A stretch of 64,000 bases of DNA from an uncultured Actinomycetota bacterium (lineage in GTDB: Bacteria; Actinomycetota; Thermoleophilia; Gaiellales; Gaiellaceae). The stretch lies in NCBI GenBank assembly GCA_963743675.1, contig CAVURE010000009.1, positions 644,910 to 708,909 on the forward strand, given 5' to 3'. The notes beneath the pieces are model-generated. The model searched no databases. It saw only the letters and a list, made by a program, of their open reading frames with translations, and had not been told where the DNA came from. The position numbers were made by a program, and so were the translations under genes. This document shows positions 35,289 to 45,026 of this stretch, piece after piece (the stretch's first letter is position 1; each line of letters begins with the position of its first letter).

Positions 35289-36254
35289 ATGATGGCAGCC
35301 GACAAGGAGCTCGTTCCGGATGCGATCGTCAACCGGGGAGGGGTGAAGGTCTCGAAGAGCCCCTGGGGGCCGAGAGACGAGATCGGGCGTCTCAACTGGA
35401 TCACGCGCGATCACGAACCGCGCCATCCTCGATCATCTCGACGGGACGCACGTCTTCGACCTGAACGTCGAGTACTTCATCGGGATGCCGTCCTGGGTCG
35501 CAGCCGGCGATCCCCCGTACGGGATCTGGATGACCCACACGCCGCAGGGCTCGGTCAACGACAACCTCTCGGGAGTCGGAACAGCCGTCCACAAGAAGTA
35601 CTCCTACTGCGGCGACTCGATCCATCTCTACACGCACTGCGGCACGCACATCGACACGCTCAACCACCTCGGTCACTACGGCACGTTCTGGAACGGCTGG
35701 ACCGCCGACAAGCAGCTCGGCAGCCGGATCTGGAACAAGGGCGGCCCCGAGAAGTACCCGCCGGTGATCGCGCGGGCGTACTGCTCGACATCGCCGGGAT
35801 GAAAGGGGTCGACTGCCTTCCCGACAGCTACGCCGTCACGCCCAAGGACCTGCAGGCCGCGGCGCGCAGGCAGAAGGTCGAGCTCAGGAAGAAGGACGTC
35901 GTGCTCGTGCGGACCGGCCGCATGAACAAGTGGCCCGACTTCCACGGCTACCTCGACAACACCCCCGGGATCTCGCTCGCCTCGGCGAAGTGGCTGTGCG
36001 AGGAGGGCGGCGCCATGTGCATCGCGGGCGACACGATCGCGCTCGAGGTGCTGCCGTCGGAGGAGGAGAACGTGTTCCTTCCGGTCCACGCGTACATGTT
36101 CTCGACGGCCGGCGCCCAGATCATCGAGGTGGTCGACATGGAGGAGATCGCCGCCGAGAAGCAGTACGAGTTCGCGTTCCTCGGCTTCCCGCTGAAGCTG
36201 CGAGGGGCGACCGGCGCGCCGATGCCCGCCTACGCGGTGCCGCTCAGGAGCTGA
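35289..36254 (+). pseudogene. putative cyclase / kynurenine formamidase-like family protein, two frameshifts (+1 near 35404, -1 near 35779)
   Basis: Track ORF 35289..36254 is family-like only at its ends (MMAADKELV...EIGRLNWIT and GVLLDIAGMKGVD...PLKLRGATGAPMPAYAV). The middle lies in ORF 35485..35802 and contains the metal motif YTHCGTHIDTLNHLGHYG. The second break fits one missing g in a G-run. Confidence 0.75.
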
Positions 36255-37266
36255 CGGCCGTCTCGAAGATGTCGAGCGGGAGCAGCGCCGAGACGACCGG
36301 GTAGGGCACGTCGACCAGCTCGGAGATGCGCAGGTCGACACAGGCGCTGCAGAGCGCATAGGCGGCCGGGCGCGCGAGGCCGTGGCGTGCCTCGAGCTGG
36401 CCGAGCATCTCGAGGAGCGCCTCGCGGGCGGCGGCATTGAGGTCCATCCCGGACTCGACGGGAATCCCGGTCGTCGCGAACGAGCGGCGCCCCGGGCGGG
36501 GAGGGGTCTCGTAGGTCGGAAAGCGCTGTCGCCCGCCCTCGCCCTTCCGGACGGCGAAGCGCACTGTCACCGCGCCCGCGATCTCGATCGCGGTCCCGCA
36601 GACCTCACCGTCTCCCTGGGCGAAATGCAGGTCGCCGATCGAGAACAGCGCCCCCGCGACCGAGACCGGCAGCCAGAGCCGGCTGCCGGCGACGAGCTGG
36701 CGGATGTCCATGTTCCCGCCCGTCTCTCGCGGTGGGATCGTGCGCAGGCCGTCCGCGGCGTGGCGCGGCAGAGCGTCCTCCGGCAGCGGATCGGCGACCG
36801 CCTGGCCCTCCGTACGCAGTGTCTCCTCGCGCCGGCGAAACGCGTCCAGCAGCTCCGGCGACGGCGCGACGCCGACGACCCCGGCGAACGTCTCCTCCGG
36901 CACGGCGACGCCCGGGAGCTCGTCGGACCGCGCGACCCCGTCTGCGATCTCCCACTTGACGAGGTACGGCTCGTCGAACAGATCGGCGAGACAGCCGAAG
37001 CCCGGGATCACCGCCGTCGTCCCGAAGTCGTCGGTCTCGTACGAGACGAACTCGACCTCCAGCAGGTCGCCCGGCTCCGCGCCGCGGATCAGCAGGGGCC
37101 CGGTGAGCGGATGGGCGAGACCGAGGCTCAGGCACCCCGCGTCGGCGTGTGAGCTCTCGCGCGTGAGCTGGCCGGCGAGACCGTCCTCGGTCTCGAGCCT
37201 GACCTCGACGCCCGGCTCGACCTCGGCGATCGGCTCGATCCCCGGATGCCAGCGGTTATGCGTCAA
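36244..37266 (-). CDS. acetamidase/formamidase family amidohydrolase
   Basis: Track ORF of 340 aa: MTHNRWHPGIEPIAEV...HPLTGPLLIRGAEPGD...ETGGNMDIRQL...GDLHFAQGDGEVCGTAIE. Confidence 0.85.
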   Translation of the reverse strand: MTHNRWHPGIEPIAEVEPGVEVRLETEDGLAGQLTRESSHADAGCLSLGLAHPLTGPLLIRGAEPGDLLEVEFVSYETDDFGTTAVIPGFGCLADLFDEPYLVKWEIADGVARSDELPGVAVPEETFAGVVGVAPSPELLDAFRRREETLRTEGQAVADPLPEDALPRHAADGLRTIPPRETGGNMDIRQLVAGSRLWLPVSVAGALFSIGDLHFAQGDGEVCGTAIEIAGAVTVRFAVRKGEGGRQRFPTYETPPRPGRRSFATTGIPVESGMDLNAAAREALLEMLGQLEARHGLARPAAYALCSACVDLRISELVDVPYPVVSALLPLDIFETAVSS

Positions 37267-37688
37267 ATCAGCTCCGCGAGCTCCGCCGCGGCTTCGCTGC
37301 AGCCGGCGATCTCAGCAGCCGTCCAGCTCCTCGGCGAGCCGAGCTGGTGAACGGAGACGATCCCGCCCACTCGTCCGTCGACGACCACCGGGGTGACGAT
37401 CTGGGCGGCCAGGCCGCCGTAGGTCTCGAGCATCCTCTGGAAGGCGGGGTCGTCGTAGGCAGCAGCGCAGTCGTCCTGCACGACCTGCCGCCCGGCGGCG
37501 ACCTCGAGCGCCACCGGCTGCGTGCGGAGGTCGATCGTCACCTCCCGGCGCAACGAGCCGGCACCCGGAGCCAGGGCCTCATGCGTGACCGGGAAAGCGC
37601 GGCCGCCCGGCAGGTCCTGCCGCAGCGTCACCCGGCTCGCGCCGAGCCTCGAGAGTAGACCCACGAGGATGGGATCGATCTCGTTCAT
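37263..37688 (-). CDS. stand-alone GAF domain protein
   Basis: Track ORF of 141 aa: ...QIVTPVVVDGRVGGIVSVHQLGSPRSWTAAEI. ATGA overlap with the formamidase start. Confidence 0.65.
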   Translation of the reverse strand: MNEIDPILVGLLSRLGASRVTLRQDLPGGRAFPVTHEALAPGAGSLRREVTIDLRTQPVALEVAAGRQVVQDDCAAAYDDPAFQRMLETYGGLAAQIVTPVVVDGRVGGIVSVHQLGSPRSWTAAEIAGCSEAAAELAELI

Positions 37689-37775
37689 GATCCGCCGGTG
37701 ATTATCGACGCTCGGATCCGAGGTCGGCGAGCTGCCGGTCGGCGGCCGGCGCGCTGCGCGGCGCGAGCCACTCGG

Positions 37776-39039
37776 TCAGCGGCGCCGGAGCAGCGGCCGG
37801 AAGCGGTCGGGGCTGAACGGCGAGAGGTCGTGGCTCGCCGGCTCCCCGGCCACGAGCTCGGAGACCAGGCGTGCCGTCACCGGAGCGAGCGAGATCCCCT
37901 TCATGGCGTGGCCGGTCGCGAAGACGACTCCCGGTGCGCGATCGCTGCGCCCGATGACCGGCAGCCCGTCGGGCGCGCAGGGACGAAGGCCGGCCCACGT
38001 CCGGAGAACGACCCGTCCGGCGAGACCGGGCAGCGCCCGCGCCGCAGCCGCCTGGATCGCACCGGTCTCACGCGCGTTCACCCTCGGGTCGAGCCGCGTG
38101 AGCTCGACCCGCCCCGCGATCCTGAGCCGATCCGGGAACGGCGTCACCGCGAGGCGGGCCTCGTGCAGGAGCAGCGGTAGCTGCGGGTCGGCCGGCGTCG
38201 GGGCGAGCTCGACGTGATGGCCCTTCCCGGCGATCAGCGGGAGGCAGAGCCCGAGGCCGCGGGCAAGCTCGCCCGCCCAGGCTCCCGCGGCCAGGACGAC
38301 CGTTCCGGCTCGCATCGGACCGGCGCTCGTGTCGACCAGGACCGAGCCGCCCGCAAGGCGCAACCTCCGCACGGTGACGCCGGTCCGCAGGCTCGCCCCG
38401 GCCGCCTCCGCAGCCGCGGCGATCGCCCGGACGTAGGAGACGGGATCCACGTGTGCTTCCTCGGGATGGAAGACCCCGCCCGCGGTCTCCGGGCCGAGGG
38501 ACGGCTCGAGGCCTCGTGCCTCGGCGCCGCTGAGCGGACGGATGCCCGGCTCCGAGCGACCGGACGATCTCGACAGCTCGTCGAGCCCGCTGCTCGTCTC
38601 GCAGACGTTGAGGATTCCGCGCCGCTCGAAGCTCGTTCCGAGCCGGCTGAGCTCGGAATGCAGCTCCAGGCTCGCGACGCCGATCGCGCGGATCGCGATC
38701 CGGCCGCGCTCCGCGCGTTCGCCTCGACAGGCGGCGGCAAACCGTGCGAGCCACGGCAGAGTGCCGGGGTGTGGTCGCACCGAGAGCGCGCTCTCGTGCC
38801 CGGTGAGCGACCGTGGAGCGAGCGACAGCAGAGCCTCGCGCAGCGCGGCCGGTGTTGCCAGAGGAGCCGAGTGGCTCGGGCAGATCAGGCCCGCGTTTCC
38901 GGCCGAGCAGGCCGCAGCCCAGCCCCTCGCCGCGTTCGAGGAGCACCACGGCGCAGCCCCGGCGGGCGAGCTCGTAGGCAGAGCTCACGCCGATCGCGCC
39001 GCCGCCCACGACGACGACATCAGGGCTGTCTGCGTGCAC
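37776..39039 (-). pseudogene. FAD-dependent oxidoreductase (DadA / glycine-sarcosine oxidase-like), one frameshift near 38905-38915
   Basis: Track ORF 38068..39039 starts VHADSPDVVVVGGGAIGVSSAYELARRGCAVVLLERGEGLGCG (GxGxxG) and then degenerates. The frame of ORF 37776..38780, read further upstream, gives CSAGNAGLICPSHSAPLATP...SVRPHPGTLPW...GKGHHVEL...GHAMKGISLAP. The span is 1264 nt (3n+1). Confidence 0.8.
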
Positions 39040-39170
39040 CTCGGCCGGACGCTAGCGAGTTCGCGGCCGGCTGACCTGCCGTCCTCCCGCGTGCGCTTCC
39101 GCTCTGGAATGATCGGGGCGAGCCGACGATGACCGGATCTGAGCCCAACAGGCGCCGAGGCAGCGGATAG

Positions 39171-40635
39171 ATGACCTATCGCTTTGCTCCCGGGCGGCCG
39201 CCGGCCGTCGCCGGCGAGGCCATGGTCGCGACGTCTCAGCCGCGTGCCACGCAGGCCGGGCTCCGCATGCTCGAGGCCGGCGGCAACGCCGCCGATGCCG
39301 CCGTCGCGGCCGCGGCCGTCCTCTCGGTGATCGAGCCGATGTCCACGGGCGTCGGCGGAGACGCCTTCGCGCTCGTCTGGCGCGACGGCCGGCTCGAGGG
39401 CCTCGACGCGGCCGGCCCCGCGCCGCGGTCGGCCGACCCTCATGGCCCGGTCGAGGCGCTCGGGCCCCGCTCGGTGACGGTGCCGGGAGCCGTCGCGGGC
39501 TGGGCAGCGCTCGCCGAGCGCCATGGGCGGCTCGGTCTCGAGGCCTGCCTCGCACCGGCGATCGACGCCGCCGAGGACGGGTTCGCGGTGACCGCGATCA
39601 CGGCCGCCTCGTGGGCATCTGCCACCGAACCGGCATCGCTGTGGCCTCCGACCCGCGTCCCGGACGAGTATCTGCCGCCGCCTGCTCGCGGTGAGCGTGT
39701 GCGCCTGCCGGAGCTCGCGGCCACCCTGCGGCGGATTGCGGCCGAAGGTGCCGACGCGTTCTACCGCGGCCCGATCGCACAGGCGGTCTGTGCCGGGAGC
39801 TGGCTCGAGGAGGAGGATCTCGCAGGCTTCGAGGCCCGCTGGGTCGCGCCGCTCACCGCGCACTACCGGGGGTTCGATGTCGCCGAGCTGCCGCCGCCGA
39901 CCCAGGGTGTGGCTGCGCTCGAGGCGCTGTCGCTCCTCGCTGGGCTCGCGCCGGACCTCGCCGGCCAGGTGCGGTGCGTCCAGCTCGCGCTGGCCGATGC
40001 CCGCGAGCGGGTCCGCGACGGCGCCGATGTCGGCGACCTGCTCGACCCCGGGTACATCGTGCGGCGCCGCTCCGCCCGGGTGGTCGCAGTCGCGGAGCCT
40101 CCGGGTGGGACGGTGTACCTCTGTGCCGTCGACGGCCAGCGAATGGCCGTGTCGTTCATCCAGAGCCTCTTCGGCCGGTTCGGATCGGGGCTTGTCGCGC
40201 CCGGTACGGGAGTGGTCCTGCAGAACCGCGGGGCCTGCTTCGAGCTCCAGGGCGGCGTCGTCCCGGGCCGGCGGCCCTATCACACGATCATCCCCGGGAT
40301 GCTCCTGCGTGCCGGGGAGCTCGTCGGCCCGTTCGGCGTGATGGGCGGCTTGATCCAGGCTCAGGCGCACCTCCAGCTCGTGTCTGCTCTCGTCGACGAC
40401 CGGCTCGACCCCCAGGCGGCGCTCGACCGGCCGCGCTTCCGCGTCGGCAGGCGGCTCCCTCCATCTCGAGCCCGGCCTCTGGGATGCCGCCGCCGAGCTC
40501 GAGCAGCTCGGATACGACGTGGTCCGAGACGACGACAGCTTCGCCTTCGGGGGCGGGCAGGCGATCGTCGTCGAGGGAGATGCGCTCATCGGCGGCTCGG
40601 ACTCGCGCAAGGACGGCTACGCCGCCGGTTTCTGA
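39171..40635 (+). pseudogene. ggt: gamma-glutamyltranspeptidase family protein, one frameshift near 40440-40452
   Basis: Track ORF 39171..40916 is GGT-like (MVATSQPRATQAGLRMLEAGGNAADAA...PGGTVYLCAVDGQRMAVSFIQS...) up to DRPRFRV. The conserved end GGSLHLEPGLWDAAAELEQLGYDVV...GGGQAIVV..ALIGGSDSRKDGYAAGF* is in another frame and ends at TGA 40633-40635. The span is 1465 nt (3n+1). Confidence 0.8.
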
Positions 40636-40665
40636 TCGCGGCGCCGGCCACCCGGATGCCGGCGG

Positions 40666-42337
40666 CTACGAGGACGAGCTCGTCGAGATCGCCAGTGAGT
40701 ACAGCGCGGTCTGAGAATCTCCGATCGAGACCTCGACATAGGCGATCGTCCCGCGAGAGCCGGCGTTCGTCACCCGCAGACGGTGGCGCCCGGGGCCGTC
40801 GTCGCCGGCGAGGAGGTCCTGGCGCCGTGCGGAGCCGCCGGCGAGGACGGTCCTCGTCTCTGCGTTCCAGATGTGCAGCGCGACCTGACCGTGCTCGGGC
40901 GTCACGGTCGCGGTGAGGCTGCCGTGCGCCGGGATCCACACCCGGAGCACGTCGCGTGGGTTCTGGGCGAGGAACAGGTCACCGCGAACAAAGGCATGGT
41001 TCCGGGTCGGGCGCGTCAGGAGCGGCGTGCCGCTCGCGAAGAGCCTTCCCGGCGCCACCATCGCGACATCGTCGTTCGGCTCGTACCGCCCCGCCGGCGG
41101 CGCCGGGGCCGAGAGCGCCGCCTTGACGTTGAGGAGGCCGTAACCGCTGACCGTGTTGTAGTCGCCGCCTCCGATGCGCGTGGTCGTCCCGACGAGCAGG
41201 CTGTAGAGCTGCGTCGGATCCAGTGACGGTCGGCGCGTCCAGATCCACGATGCCGCCGCCGAGACGATCGCCGCGGCGAAGCTGTTGCCGGTGACGATCT
41301 TGTAGCCGGTCGGGTCCTCGGACGCAGGGACGGCGACCTTGACGGCGACGCCGGGTGCGGAGAGGCTGTTCGACTCGGAGCCGTTCGAGTCGATGTAGAC
41401 GGTGTTGTGCCGGTCGGTCGCGACCACGGTCAGCACGTGCGGCTCGTCGGCCGGGTACGCCGGCGGGCTGCCGTCGAAGCGGTCCTCCCCCTGCGCCGCG
41501 ACCACCAGCGAGCCCTCGGCGCAGCGCGTCGAGCACCGCTGCCCTCAGGAACGGGTCGTCGACCGGCCCGCCGAGGCTGAGGTTGATGACCCCCGGGCCG
41601 GCGCGGATCGCCGCGTCGACCCCGGCGATGATCTCCGAGAGGCTGAGCTGTCCGTTCCTGGTCGCGTCCCACTCGCGCAGCTCCGCGCGCGGATAGACGC
41701 CGAGCACGTGGACGCCCTGCGCGCCGATCAGCGAGCTGACCGCGGTGCCGTGGAAGTCGCCCGGAAGGTCGATCCCGTGCTGTGCATTGAGCAGGGTGGT
41801 GTGGCGCCTGCCGGCGAACTCCGGGCCGTTCACGTCGATGCCGGTGTCGACGACGGTCACCGGCTTGCCCGGGGCCGGCGGGGTGAGCGATGCCGCATTG
41901 ATCGCCCGCAGCCACCACTCCGACGTCGCCTGAGTCGTCACGGCCACCGGTGCCGAGAGCGCGCCGAGCGCGCGGTCGGGCTCCACGCGGCGCACGAGCC
42001 TCTCGCGGGCGAGCGACCGCGCCAGGCCCTCTGCAGCGGGGAACGTCACCCGCCAGAGGTGCAGGTCGTGCTCGACGAGAGTCGCGCCGGCTGCGCGGAG
42101 CTTGCGAAGCGTCGCCCCGCCCGGGCGGCCGGCGAGCTCCAGCAGCAGAGCCTTCGCCTGCGCAGGCGCGTGCCCCGGCAGGGCAGACGGCGGCCCCGCT
42201 CCGGCAGCGCGCGTCGGTGCCGACGCAGCCGGGACAGCCACCGCCAGCAGGGCGGCGAGCAGCGATGCCCTGACGACGCGAGGCAAGGTCCGGCGCACCA
42301 GGTCGAGCGAGCGAACGGTCGGGTGCCGTGTCCGCAC
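40666..42337 (-). pseudogene. secreted subtilisin-like S8 serine peptidase with C-terminal PPC-like domain, one frameshift near 41510-41518
   Basis: Track ORF 40979..42337: signal-like N-terminus, VTVVDTGID (Asp), HGTAVSSLIG (His), up to ...AVLDALRRG. ORF 40666..41505 continues (S)LVVAAQGED...VTGNSFAAAIVSAAA (Ser)...YEPNDD... One extra base in a ccc/ggg run explains the break. The span is 1672 nt (3n+1). Confidence 0.8.
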
Positions 42338-42907
42338 TCAGCGGCCCAACGTCTCGTACTCGGGATTGGGCACCCACCCGAGGCCGGACGCCATCCGGTT
42401 CGTCAGGTTGAACATCCCCGTCACCTCGGCCACGTCCATGACGTCCTCGTCGGTCAGCCCTGCCCGGCGAAGAGCGAGCACGTCCTCCTCCGTCATGGCG
42501 GCCGGAGTCACGGTCAGCTTGTGCGCGAAGTCGAGGATCGCATGCAGCCGAGGCTCGACCGGCGCGCTCCGGTGATCGTCCGCGATCGCGTCGGCGAGCG
42601 CCGGGTCGCGGGTCAGCTTGCGCAGTGCCGCCGAGTGGGCGGCGATGCAGTAACGGCAGTCGTTCGCGACCGAGACGACGACCGCGATCATCTCCCTCTC
42701 CGGCCGCGTGAGCCCGGACTCGCCGCCCATCAGCTCCTCGAAGTGAGCGTTCCAGAGCAGCAGGTGGGTCGGGCGAAGGGCGAAGTTCCGCAGCACGTTC
42801 GGGACGAAGCCGAGCTTCTCGAGCGGCCTCTCCCAGAGCTCCTGCACCGCCGGCGGCACGCCGGCCGGATCAGGCTCGCGAAGCCAGGTCGACACGGTCT
42901 CGCTCAC
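42338..42907 (-). CDS. carboxymuconolactone decarboxylase / AhpD-like family protein
   Basis: Track ORF of 189 aa: VVSVANDCRYCIAAHS. Its stop abuts the S8 peptidase start. Confidence 0.75.
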   Translation of the reverse strand: MSETVSTWLREPDPAGVPPAVQELWERPLEKLGFVPNVLRNFALRPTHLLLWNAHFEELMGGESGLTRPEREMIAVVVSVANDCRYCIAAHSAALRKLTRDPALADAIADDHRSAPVEPRLHAILDFAHKLTVTPAAMTEEDVLALRRAGLTDEDVMDVAEVTGMFNLTNRMASGLGWVPNPEYETLGR

Positions 42908-42923
42908 GCCGGGCAGTGTACGG

Positions 42924-43040
42924 GGCCTGTGCAGGTGTACCCCGTCCCCGGGGCGACGGAGTTCGGCCTGTGCAGGTGTAACCCGGGGCGACGGAGTTGG
43001 GCCTGTGCAGGTGTACCCGCCCCCGGGGCGACGGAGTTGG
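42924..43040. repeat. three tandem direct repeats (41, 35 and ~40 bp) in a divergent intergenic region
   Basis: Each unit is GGCCTGTGCAGGTGTA + (4-9 nt C-rich) + CCGGGGCGACGGAGTT(C/G). Units begin at 42924, 42965 and 43000. A partial upstream echo (cagtgtacgg) lies at 42914-42923. The repeats sit between GTG 42907 (minus) and ATG 43072 (plus). Confidence 0.85.
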
Positions 43041-43071
43041 TGCCCGTGACGGCCGCGGTACGATCAGCGCC

Positions 43072-44307
43072 ATGCCGCTCGATCCCGCACGCACGGTCGC
43101 CGGGCTCGAGGAGCTGCGAGAGCTCACCGGCGATGCCGACGGGGCGCAGCGGGTGGCGTGGACGGGCACCTGGGAGCGCGCTCGCGACTGGCTGCGCGAG
43201 AGGCTCGCGGGAACCGGCGCCCGTGAGGAGATCGACGCAGCCGGAAACCAGTGGTTCACGATCGGCGAGGGCGGCAAGGCCCTGCTGATCGGAGGCCACC
43301 TCGACTCGGTGCCGAACGGGGGCTGGCTCGACGGCTCGCTGAACGTGGTCGCGGGCGCGGAGGTCTTCCGCCGGATCGCGGCGGAGGGCTCGCCGCCGGT
43401 GCCTGTCAGGCTGGTCAACTGGGCCGACGAGGAGGGCGCCCGTTTCGGCCGGTCGCTCTTCGGGTCGTCGGCGGCCGCCGGCTCGATGCGCGACCAGGAC
43501 GAGCTGCGCAAGCTCTCGGACCGCGACGGCATCGCCCTGCCGGATGCGCTCAGCGAGCACGGGGTCGATCTCGACCACGCACTCGCTGCACGCGCCCAGC
43601 TCGAGGGTGCCGGCGCCTATCTCGAGCTCCATATCGAGCAGGGCCCTGTGCTCGAGTCGCTCGACCTGCCGCTCGGGGTCGTTCTCGGGACGTTCGGCGT
43701 CGAGCGCTCGCGGATCACGTGGCGTGGGCAGGCCGCGCACGCCGGCTCGACGCCGATGGACAAGCGACGCGACGCCCTGGCGGGGGCGGCGAAGCTCGCG
43801 CTCGAGCTCCGCGCGATCGCAGCCGAGGCCGGCGGCGGCGCCGTCTGTACCTGCGGCAGCGTCGTCTGCAAGCCCGGGATCGTCACCTCGGTCGTCGAGA
43901 CCGCGGAGCAGCTGCTCGACCAGCGCCACCTCGACGCAGCGACGCTCGCACGGATGCTCGCTGCCGCGAAGCAGGCCGCCGAGCGCTTCGCGGCCGAGGA
44001 GAACATCGCCGTCTCCTGGGAGCGGATCTGGAGCATCGAGCCGATCCCGTTCGACGACACGCTGATCGGCTTCGCCGAGGAGGCGATCGTCGAGGTCGCG
44101 GGCACTTCGCACCGGTTGCCGTCGGGCCCGCTCCACGACGCCGCCGAGGTCTCGCGCGCCGGCGTTCCGACCGTGATGGTGTTCGTCCAGAGCCTGCGCG
44201 GGCTCTCGCACACGAAGCTCGAGGACACGCGGCCGGAGCATCTGGAGCTCTCGGTCCGGGCGCTCGACCGGCTGGCGTCGAGAACGCTCGCCTGGCTCGC
44301 CGGCTGA
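43072..44307 (+). CDS. M20-family Zn hydrolase, second copy (allantoate amidohydrolase / N-carbamoyl-amino-acid hydrolase type)
   Basis: In-frame part of track ORF 42997..44307, from ATG 43072: GGHLDSVPNGGWLDGSLNV...WADEEGARFG...GQAAHAGSTPM...SGPLHDA. Confidence 0.85.
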   Translation: MPLDPARTVAGLEELRELTGDADGAQRVAWTGTWERARDWLRERLAGTGAREEIDAAGNQWFTIGEGGKALLIGGHLDSVPNGGWLDGSLNVVAGAEVFRRIAAEGSPPVPVRLVNWADEEGARFGRSLFGSSAAAGSMRDQDELRKLSDRDGIALPDALSEHGVDLDHALAARAQLEGAGAYLELHIEQGPVLESLDLPLGVVLGTFGVERSRITWRGQAAHAGSTPMDKRRDALAGAAKLALELRAIAAEAGGGAVCTCGSVVCKPGIVTSVVETAEQLLDQRHLDAATLARMLAAAKQAAERFAAEENIAVSWERIWSIEPIPFDDTLIGFAEEAIVEVAGTSHRLPSGPLHDAAEVSRAGVPTVMVFVQSLRGLSHTKLEDTRPEHLELSVRALDRLASRTLAWLAG

Positions 44308-44352
44308 CCTCTGTCGCCGAGGACGAGCGCCGCGAGCGCGAATGGAGAGCGC

Positions 44353-44997
44353 CTAGCGTGTTTCGCGGCGCTCGGCGACGACCGGATTGCGCAGCACGCC
44401 GATCCCGTCGATCTCGATCTCGACGACGTCCCCGGCCGCCATCGCGACCGGCGGGGTGCGGGCATGGCCGATCCCGGAAGGTGTGCCGGTGAGGATCAGG
44501 TCGCCGGGCTCGAGCGTGAACACCGACGAGGCGAACGCGACGAGCCGGCGCACGCCGAAGACGAGGTCGGCGGTGTTGCCGTCCTGGAGGAGCTCGCCGT
44601 TCAGGCGCTGGACGACACGGAGGCCGGAGCCGTCGCCGAGCTCCGAGACAGGAACGAGCTCGGCGCCCAGCGGGCAGAACGTGTCGAAGCCCTTCGCTCT
44701 CGTCCATTGCCTGTCGGAGTACTGGAGGTCGCGCGCGCTGACGTCGTTGGCGCAGCGGTAGCCCGCGACGAAGTCGATCGCGTCGTCCGCGCCGATCCGG
44801 CGGCCGGTGCGGCCGATCTCGACGGCGAGCTCGGCCTCCGAGTCGACGTGGGCCGACTCCAGCGGCAGGACGATCGCCTCGCCCGGCCCGATCACGGCGC
44901 TCGGGAACTTGCCGAAGAGCAGCGGCTCGGCCGGCGGCTCGCGTCCCTGCTCGCGGATGTGCGAGGCGTAGTTGAGGCCCGTGCCGATGATTTTCAC
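44353..44997 (-). CDS. fumarylacetoacetate hydrolase (FAH) family protein
   Basis: Track ORF 44353..45027: GLNYASHIREQG...LFGKFPSAVIGPGE...ESEAELAVEIG...GDLILTGTPSGIG. The start is uncertain (GTG 44997 or TTG 45027). Confidence 0.8.
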   Translation of the reverse strand: MKIIGTGLNYASHIREQGREPPAEPLLFGKFPSAVIGPGEAIVLPLESAHVDSEAELAVEIGRTGRRIGADDAIDFVAGYRCANDVSARDLQYSDRQWTRAKGFDTFCPLGAELVPVSELGDGSGLRVVQRLNGELLQDGNTADLVFGVRRLVAFASSVFTLEPGDLILTGTPSGIGHARTPPVAMAAGDVVEIEIDGIGVLRNPVVAERRETR

Positions 44998-45026
44998 GCG
45001 GGCATCTTCGCGATAGTCTGCGCGCA

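Noticed and set aside
42924-43040. The tandem repeats, considered as a possible mini-CRISPR array.
   Set aside because: The units abut directly with no unique spacers. There are only three copies, the variable segment is a short C-run, and there are no cas genes in the window.
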